A DNA stretch of 15,669 bases from Salpingoeca rosetta (Eukaryota > Protista > Choanoflagellata), in the NCBI GenBank assembly GCA_033442325.1, contig JAWQFM010000015.1, positions 699,190-714,858 of the forward strand, given 5' to 3'. The notes under the pieces were generated by a model, which saw only the letters and a program-made list of their open reading frames with translations, ran no database searches and was not told the DNA's origin. The first letter of the stretch is position 1; the number at the start of each line of letters is the position of its first letter. Shown in pieces: positions 1-9,246 of the stretch. Position numbers and translations under genes: made by a program.

Positions 1-1
1 C

Positions 2-82
2 AAACGCAGTTTCAGAAGAGCACGCTCGACACATAAGGTCAAAGACCTCAAAGCGTTAAGGCCTGATGGCGGGAGAGTGTAG
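2..82 (+). CDS. Probable C-terminal tail of a retrotransposon pol ORF (partial, enters from the left edge)
   Basis: Frame 2 is open from the window edge (KRSFRRARSTHKVKDLKALRPDGGRV*), reads through the purine tract and stops at TAG 80-82, just inside the putative LTR. This arrangement is common in LTR elements. No domain is recognisable in 26 aa. Confidence 0.35.
   Translation, partial: KRSFRRARSTHKVKDLKALRPDGGRV
65..77 (+). other. Polypurine tract (PPT) candidate of the LTR retrotransposon
   Basis: GATGGCGGGAGAG directly abuts TGTAGTGA at 78, the canonical PPT-to-TG junction at a 3' LTR. Confidence 0.5.
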
Positions 83-472
83 TGAGACAGCACTACAATA
101 CAAATCCTGAACTAAAGTGTCGTGAAGGAGTGTCAAGGCCGAACTTAAGGGTATCAAGGCATAGTCCTCCCGGAGTTCAGGACCAACACAGATTCCGAAC
201 CACACAACAGAACGGAACTACCACTCCTCACCAAAGGACACCAACACCCAAGATCCGACCCCCTTGCTCGTCTCTCTTGACCTTGTGCCTGTCTCTACTT
301 TCCTTGCTTGATTGTTGTCACTTATCTTATCACTCCACTTATCTCATCGCCCCATCCTATTACCCTGTCTTCTTTACTTGCGACTACGTCTCCCGCACAG
401 TATACAGCAAGACCCTACTCTAAGTCCCAGTCAAACACTCTTACACACACACAGACCAGTCACATCACAACA
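78..472 (+). mobile_element. Putative 3' long terminal repeat (~395 bp) of an LTR retrotransposon
   Basis: Begins TGTAGTGA right after the PPT and ends TCACAACA (465-472), whose reverse complement TGTTGTGA matches the start at 7/8 positions. Composition changes abruptly after 472. The 5' LTR and left target-site duplication lie outside the window, so they are unverified. Confidence 0.55.
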
Positions 473-1028
473 GTTGAGGCTGCAACGGGGGAAGGGGGAA
501 GGGAAAATGGTCGCTTGAGCACAGCTGTTGCGGTTTGTTGCAGCAAGCAGCAAAGTGTTGTGTCTGTAGTAGGCTGCTGTGTCGGTGTATCTGACAGTGC
601 AGTAGGCTTGCGGACAACAGAGAAGGAATGTGTGTGTCCCAAGCTGTTTTGTGGGCGGGGTTGGGGTGTGCGTTGCACAGTGTTGCTGTGTGTGGATGTC
701 TTCTTGTTGAGTCAGGTCGGCTGGTGTTGTTTCGGATGTGTCAGTTGGAGTTGCTGCGAAGTTTCGAAGTCGCTGCTGGTGTTGGTGTCAGTGCGAACGT
801 GTGTGTGCTTTCGTGGCTGGTGGAGCTGACACAGACTTCTTGGGGGTTGTGTAAAATGCGCCAAAAGGAGGAAGCAACAACACAACAACACAACACAACT
901 CAGCAACTCGGTCCTTTTTGAAGCAAGCTGCAACATGTCTTGTGGTCCGCGCAACACGCTGCGTGTCTGTGCGTGGTCGTGCATCTTTGGCGTCATCTGC
1001 GCTTGCCGGACGCAAATAGAGTGGAAAT

Positions 1029-1043
1029 GTTCTGGAAGATTCC
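1029..1043. promoter_or_regulatory. Heat-shock element: three perfect inverted nGAAn pentamers
   Basis: gTTCt-gGAAg-aTTCc, followed by an in-phase near-match aGTAa (1044-1048). Matches the HSF trimer consensus. Function not shown. Confidence 0.45.
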
Positions 1044-1397
1044 AGTAAATTTTCCGCAAGCAGTGTGGACGATCGCGACGATTCGTTACGGCTTGGAGAT
1101 GGTGACTCATGCGTGATGACGTGGAGGTCTGGAAGTTTGGAAGTGGAGTGTGTGTGTGCTGCGTCATCATGCCGTGCTATTATGAGCCATGCATGCATGT
1201 GCATCGTCGTTTACTCACTCAGAGGTGTGCATGATGGTGAAAAGATGATGGAAAGATGATGATGTGTACATTGGAGAGACTGGACTGTTCTGTTGGACTG
1301 GAGGAATGAATAGAAGAACAACAAGGAATGACGCGATGTGAGTCACATCACTACATCAATGTCCCTCCTCATGTGTGTCACGTGTGTGTCGTGTGTG

Positions 1398-2248
1398 TCA
1401 GTGGAGGGCGTTCATGTGCATGCGCACGGCCCATCGCAGGGGCAGGCGTTTCTTGGTGGTGGGAACAACGTAGTCGTTGCGTTGGATGGGCTTGTTGCGG
1501 GGCCGCTGGTACGGTTCCTCCTGGTTGTGTTTGGGGGTTGGGGATGTGGGTGGGTGTGGGTGAGAGAGGGGCCTCGAAGGGGAATGGACGTGGTAGTGCA
1601 TGCGCACACAGACACAGACACACACACACACACACACACAGACACAGACACAGACACACACACACACACACAGACACGCAAGTACCTTTTGGTCTTCGAG
1701 CTGCTGCCTGACGCGGCGGCGGAGTTGGGCGTGCGCATCTTCACCGGGTGCCTTCTGCCGCTTCCACGCCTCTCGGTACCGCGACGCACGCGACACAATA
1801 TCTGCAAAGATCATGGCCGTGGCGGTGATGGTAATGGTGATGTGGTGGTGGTGGTGGTGGTGGTGGTGGTGAGGGGGGTTGGGGTTTGAAGGAGAGCTGG
1901 TAGTTGCCATTGCAATCAAACACGCAATCAAGTCCATATGCACGCACACGCACATACACAGAGACACGCACACATGACACACATGACACACACACACATA
2001 CACACACACACGCAATTCTACCTGTCTTTGGGCGGGTGGGCTTGACGCGCATGTCGCGTGGCGGGATGAAGGAGGTGCGGTCTGCGAGCGGTTTGATCTC
2101 CTCCACATCCGGGACCGGCGGCAGCGGGTGGCCTTGAAACCCCTCGCTCTGGGAGGAAGTGGGGGGGGGGAGTGAAATGAGGGAAGGTGAGGAAGGTGGA
2201 AGGGTAGAATGAGGAAGGTGAGATGGCAACATGTAGGAGTGCGTTATC

Positions 2249-2283
<35 letters not shown>

Positions 2284-2963
2284 AGCTGTACCGAGGCGTT
2301 GCTGATGTCGAGGTCGTACGGGTATCCGAGGTCCTCGTCCGCGTACAGGTCCACTTCGTCAGGGCCAACGTCCGAATACAGATCAGACTGCACCGTCATG
2401 TTCTCCATCTGTTATGGGGCGGGGTATGAAGGGGGTAGTGGGGTTTGAGGTGTGAGGATCGTGCCTTTTGTCAGGTTGCTGTGGTGGTGGTTCGTCATGG
2501 AGCAAAGCACACAAGCACACACACACACACAAACACATGACAGCAGTGTGGTCTGTATGCGTACGTCGTCCAGAAGATCGAGCAATCCGTCCTTCTCTTC
2601 TTGCACATCGTGCGCGACAGAGTCGAGGACCTGTGTGCGTGTCATAGAGGTTCAAGGAGAATGGGTTAGGCAAACATGGGGGAGAAGACAAGGCGCAAGT
2701 GCACAGACACAGACACAGACACACAGACACACAGACACACAGACACACAGACAGGCACACACATACACACAACAGACAGACACACACACACACACCGATC
2801 CATCCATCATGACTGTCTTGCGCCGTCGTGCGCCCATGGATGCCTGGCTGGTATTCAATGGTCGCAGCACATCAGCGCGCTTGCCTTTGGTGGTGGGAGG
2901 CAGTGAGTGAGGATGAGGATGAGGGAAGGGTGATGTGCCAGTGGCGAGACGACAAACACACGT

Positions 2964-3023
<60 letters not shown>

Positions 3024-3681
3024 ACACACACACACGCACACGAATACACAAGCACAAACACAGACACAGACACAGGTGCGCACACCTGGCGTGTGTCTTC
3101 TACTGCGGCGGTGCGGTTGTTGTGATTGTCTGCTCTGTGGCTGATGAGGGGAAGGTGCTTCGTGCTGGTGAGGTAATCGGTGGGCTGTTGATGTTGACGT
3201 TGATGGGGCAGATGCTGAGGTTGAGGAAGCAGAGGAGGACGGGCGACGCCTTGCCGAGCTTGTGCTCGTGTTCTCGCTGCCCTGTGCTTCATCGCTGCCC
3301 TCTGTTTCCTGCAGCGCCAACCTCACCAAGTCTTTGGTTGAAAGAGTGGAGAAGGACGATGACAGGATGGGTGAAAAGGGAGAACGGGGGAAGTGGGGGG
3401 GGGGGAAGGGACAAAGTAAGGCACGTTCGTGTTGAGGAGGTGGAGACAAGGAAGAAGGTAGTGCATTAGTGTAAGCACGGCAGACACGCAGACACACAGA
3501 CACAGACACACAGACACAGACACACACAGACACACACAGACACACACACACAGACACAAACACAGACACACACACAATACACACCTTGTGTAAAGTCGCT
3601 GAGTACGTCGTCGGGGACGTTGTAGTAGCCGAGTTGCGCCAGCTGTCGCCGCACATCCCGCACCGTGAACCACACAGCCAT
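1398..3681 (-). CDS. HYLS1: HYLS1-like centriolar/ciliogenesis protein (hydrolethalus syndrome 1 family), 8 exons, 326 aa
   Basis: Exons on the minus strand: 3681-3585, 3331-3086, 2884-2796, 2630-2565, 2408-2292, 2148-2022, 1801-1686, 1520-1398. All introns are GT-AG; 981 nt, in frame. The C-terminus SFIPPR..KTDIVSRASRYREAWKRQKAPGEDAHAQLRRRVRQQL..RNDYVVPTTKKRLPLRWAVRMHM matches the HYLS1 C-terminal box (DPV-RY--Y---W-----PGE--H--LRW-VR..N-Y-VPT-KKR--LRW-VR). The N-terminus MAVWFTVRDVRRQLAQLGYYNVPDDVLSDFTQDLVRL resembles the N-terminal helix of long HYLS1 homologs. Confidence 0.9.
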
Positions 3682-3793
3682 CTTCGCGCTGCTGTTTTGG
3701 TTTTGGGGAATTGAAAGTTTGGGCGATTGGTGAGTGTGGTGGTGAATTTTCGTAGGAACGGACAACGACGAGCAGCAAAGCAAACAAACCAAC
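3682..3793. promoter_or_regulatory. Compact bidirectional promoter between HYLS1 and the ZFAND2B-like gene
   Basis: Only 112 bp separate the two divergent ATGs (3681 minus, 3794 plus). Contains an inverted CCAAT (ATTGG 3726-3730), a two-unit nGAAnnTTCn (3743-3752) and an RFX half-site-like GTTGTCC on the minus strand (3760-3766). Confidence 0.7.
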
Positions 3794-5853
<2,060 letters not shown>

Positions 5854-6598
5854 GCGTGTGAACCAGTACTATCATGCATTGCCATGCACCTGTCCCTTCC
5901 CTTGCTTGTCCACTGTTACTTTTTTTTTTTCCTTGTATATTTTGCCGTGTTTCGGCTTGGGCGCACAGGAGAAAGGCGAGAGCAAACACGCGATGCACAG
6001 ACAACACAACATGGCACGGAAAGGGGATACAGAAGGGGGAGACAGAGAGACAGAAGGGAGGCAGAGGGAAGCAAGGAAGGAAGGCAAGGAAGAAAGAGGG
6101 GGAAGAAACGCACGAGAAAACAGAAGGGAGACAATACGAAGGAAGGGGGAAATGTAACGGGAGGACATTCACACGTTCAGTTCACAACACCAACGACAAA
6201 CAAAACAGCAAGAAACGTGCATCGCAACATGAGAGCAGACACCGCCCTGCACTGCCCAAGCGCTTGGGGCTTTTGTTGGGGGTTTGTGTTTGGGGGGGGG
6301 GGGAGGGGAGGAAAGAGAAAAGAAGAGGGGAGGGGAGAGGGGAGGGGAAGGGTTGCTTATTACAAATGTAGAATCACATCAAATAGCATGGGGTACAGTT
6401 AGAATAGCACATGCCTACATCCTCCACCGAGTACATCTCAGGCGGGCACGGACGGTTGGCCGAACGAGGGAAGGCAAGGGGGCGGAGGGGAAGAGAGAAG
6501 AGAGAACAAAAACAAAGGGGGGGGGGCTGGAGGCTTCGATTACAAGAGACAGGTGGACAGACGTACAGTCACACATACAGACAGACAGACTCGCGCAC

Positions 6599-6734
6599 CA
6601 CAAGAACAAAAGAACAATAACAACAAGAGCAACAACAACAAGAACAAGAACAAGAACAAGAACAAGAACAACAAGAACAAGAACAACAAGAACAACAACA
6701 ACAACAACAACAAGAACAACAACAACAACGAATA

Positions 6735-6792
<58 letters not shown>
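6599..6792 (+). repeat. Compound (AAC/AAG)n followed by (CA)n microsatellite in the convergent 3' intergenic region
   Basis: AACAAG/AAC triplet runs at ~6599-6729, then an uninterrupted CA run at ~6737-6792. Confidence 0.9.
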
Positions 6793-6795
<3 letters not shown>

Positions 6796-6821
6796 TCAAC
6801 CAGCATCACTAAAGCCAGAGC

Positions 6822-8549
6822 TCATGCAATGTGCTGGATGCGGCGATCAAGGACGAACTTGGGCACTGCAAAGCGCTGCCCGTCCGGCCAATAAAACTGC
6901 CGGCTCGTCGGCGTCTCTGCCCGGGGCTCGCACGACAGTGGCGATGATGATGACGGGCGTGGGGGCGACGTGGGTGGCGGCGCTGGTGCATGTGCCTGCG
7001 AGTCGTGTTGGCTGCGGCCTTGCAGGTGTTGCAGCAGTTGCATCGCGTGAAGTGGCTGCTGGTGGTGGTGCTGGTGTTGCCTGGTGTGGTGCTGCTGCGT
7101 GGGTGGCGCCTTTCCTGGCGATGACATCACTGCTCGTGTCGCTGTCACCTTTGCACGGGACCGCCGCACGTCCGCGTTGCCGCTGCTGTCGCTCTGCGAT
7201 CGCTGATCAAGATGGGCAGCCCCATGCTTCGCCCCTCCACGTCCACGTCCACGTCCATACGAATATTTCTGGTACTCATCCTGCTTCTGGTGCTGATCTG
7301 GCTTCTGTTGCTTATCACTACCACCAACGCCAATACCATCACCACCAGGTGTGGCGGCAACGGCTGGGCCGCCGTTGGTTAAAAACTGCAGCAGGTGCGT
7401 TCCCTCCAGCGATGCCCCCACACCACCACCGCCACCAGTGTGTCTGCTGTGTTCGCGGGCTTTGGAGCCGCTGCTCTTTGATCGCGGGCGGATGTCATCC
7501 CCGTTCGATGCGGTTGCCTTTCCTTTCGCGCGGCTCTTGCCTGGTGTCGTCTTGCCTGCAGTCGCCGTGGCGGCCCTCCTTGATCCTGATGCCGATGACC
7601 TTGATGTTGATGCTGCTGCTGATGATGCCGGCGCTGATGATGGCACGTGACCGGGCCGCTCGCTGCCCTGTGCGTTCTTCTCGCGCCTCTTCTTTGCTCG
7701 CTTGGCCTTTGTGGGCGTCTTGGAGTGGCGGGAGGTCGTGGCGGCCTTGGGTTGTGTCCGCTCCGTCTGCTGATGCTCCTGTTGTTGTGCTGTCTGCTGC
7801 TGCTGTTCGTGTTGTTGTTCGTAACGATGATGATGATGATGATGATGCGCGTGACCTGCTGCGGTCGTCGTAGTCCTGGTTACTGGCGCGGTTCCATACT
7901 CGTTGTACAGGTGGAGCGGCGGTCGCGTCGGCGCCATCGTCGTCATCGCTGTGGCCACGGCGGTCTTGATCGTCTTTCCTGACGACGATCGCGGGGATGG
8001 GCGGTGGTGGCGCGTGCCGTTGGTTCGCACCTTTGATGGGGAGGTGGCGGTTGCAGTTGCGGGTGGTGTGATGGGAGAGGCATCTTCTTGCGCCATCTGC
8101 TTGTGATGAGTCACGGCGACGGAGGTACTGGGCGCGGTGGAGGGGGACGAGGAAGGGGACACGGCGAGCGAGGTGAAGGGGACAGAGGCAACGTCGTAGC
8201 CAAGCGGAATCTCAAAGGGCGAGGAGTAGGCGGTGTTGCCGGCGCTGCCGCTGCTCCCCACGGCGATGGACGAGATGGGCCCATTGCTCATGGGGTCGCG
8301 GAAGAACTGGTCTGGGCGGCCGTGCGGCTGCTGGTGGCGCGGGCGTTGGTGATGGGTGCGAGGGTGCGATGATGGTGCTGGGGGTGGTCGTGGTGCGGGG
8401 CCCTGTGCGGGGCGAAACGGGCTGCGGTGCGGACTAGGGTGCGGCAGGGCCGGGTGAGCTGGGCCAAAGGGAGGCGTGAACACCGAAGGTGGCGGGTACG
8501 CAGAGTGCTGTCCGCGCATGGCGGGATATTGCTGGTGGGGATGTGACAT
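6822..8549 (-). CDS. Hypothetical, largely disordered Pro/Ser/Thr/His/Gln-rich protein (~575 aa from ATG 8549; start uncertain)
   Basis: The frame is open from 8687 to 6822 (621 codons), lacks the dinucleotide microsatellites that mark introns in this window, and has triplet-type repeats typical of its exons. No recognisable domain. A candidate upstream intron at 8840-8666 (AAG|GTGAGC...TTGCAG|AC) suggests a spliced 5' leader. Confidence 0.65.
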   Translation of the reverse strand: MSHPHQQYPAMRGQHSAYPPPSVFTPPFGPAHPALPHPSPHRSPFRPAQGPAPRPPPAPSSHPRTHHQRPRHQQPHGRPDQFFRDPMSNGPISSIAVGSSGSAGNTAYSSPFEIPLGYDVASVPFTSLAVSPSSSPSTAPSTSVAVTHHKQMAQEDASPITPPATATATSPSKVRTNGTRHHRPSPRSSSGKTIKTAVATAMTTMAPTRPPLHLYNEYGTAPVTRTTTTAAGHAHHHHHHHRYEQQHEQQQQTAQQQEHQQTERTQPKAATTSRHSKTPTKAKRAKKRREKNAQGSERPGHVPSSAPASSAAASTSRSSASGSRRAATATAGKTTPGKSRAKGKATASNGDDIRPRSKSSGSKAREHSRHTGGGGGVGASLEGTHLLQFLTNGGPAVAATPGGDGIGVGGSDKQQKPDQHQKQDEYQKYSYGRGRGRGGAKHGAAHLDQRSQSDSSGNADVRRSRAKVTATRAVMSSPGKAPPTQQHHTRQHQHHHQQPLHAMQLLQHLQGRSQHDSQAHAPAPPPTSPPRPSSSSPLSCEPRAETPTSRQFYWPDGQRFAVPKFVLDRRIQHIA

Positions 8550-9051
8550 GCGTTGTTTGCATGTGCGAAATTGTTGTTGTTGTTGTTGTTGTGTGGCTGT
8601 GGATGTAGCGTTGGTGTTGGTGTTGGTGGGGGGGGGGATTGGGGAACCAGGATGAGGAAGAAGGTCTGCAATGAAATGACCATACACGCCAAATATGATG
8701 GTTTGTGTGAGTCAGATGGATGGTTTCAAATCATGTCGCACAACAACGAAACAAAAAAAAAAACGTAAACAAGCAAAGAGACACACCAACGCGTGTGGTG
8801 ATCGTTGCGTGGCTGGGTGTGCGTGCACGCACGCGCTCACCTTGTGTGGGAGAAATGGAGGGTAGTTGTGGATGTGTGTGCGTGTTTGCTCTGGTGTGGG
8901 GGGGGGGGAAGCACAACAGAAGATACACACGGACGATTGATGGTGGGGGGGGGGTTATCAGGGTTGGTTTGTTGTTGTGTGGAGGCACACGGACGGATAA
9001 AGCGACACACACACACAAGCAAGAAGAAAAGGCGAACAACGCAGCAACCGA

Positions 9052-9105
9052 CCAATCCGGAAAATTATATGAAGACATTCGCCATTTATCCGTAACCTCG
9101 CCAAT
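9052..9105 (+). promoter_or_regulatory. Paired CCAAT boxes in the divergent promoter of the two long single-ORF genes
   Basis: CCAATCC at 9052 and at 9101, flanking an AT-rich AAAATTATAT (9061-9070), about 140-200 bp upstream of ATG 9247. Confidence 0.35.
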
Positions 9106-9246
9106 CCTGGGTTGGTTGCGTTGTGTTGTGGTTTGGCATGCGAGAACAAGAAGCCACCCACCAAGCGAGCGAGGAGGAGCCAAGAAAGCAACAAAGACAA
9201 ACGGACGACAAGGACGACGCGCAGCCGCAGCAGCAGCAGCAGCGCG

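Noticed and set aside
82-829. ORFs 82..423, 308..829 and 312..518
   Set aside because: No domain-like sequence; they lie in or straddle the putative LTR and its flank.
628-1259. Short ORFs on both strands between the LTR and HYLS1
   Set aside because: No recognisable protein features and no consistent exon chain could be built.
6284-7873. 529-aa plus-strand ORF
   Set aside because: Antisense shadow of the minus-strand ORF plus read-through of (AAC)n and (CA)n repeats.
9112-9246. Upstream extension of the 1135-aa ORF
   Set aside because: It begins at a TTG rather than an ATG and would bury the signal peptide; ATG 9247 is the better start.
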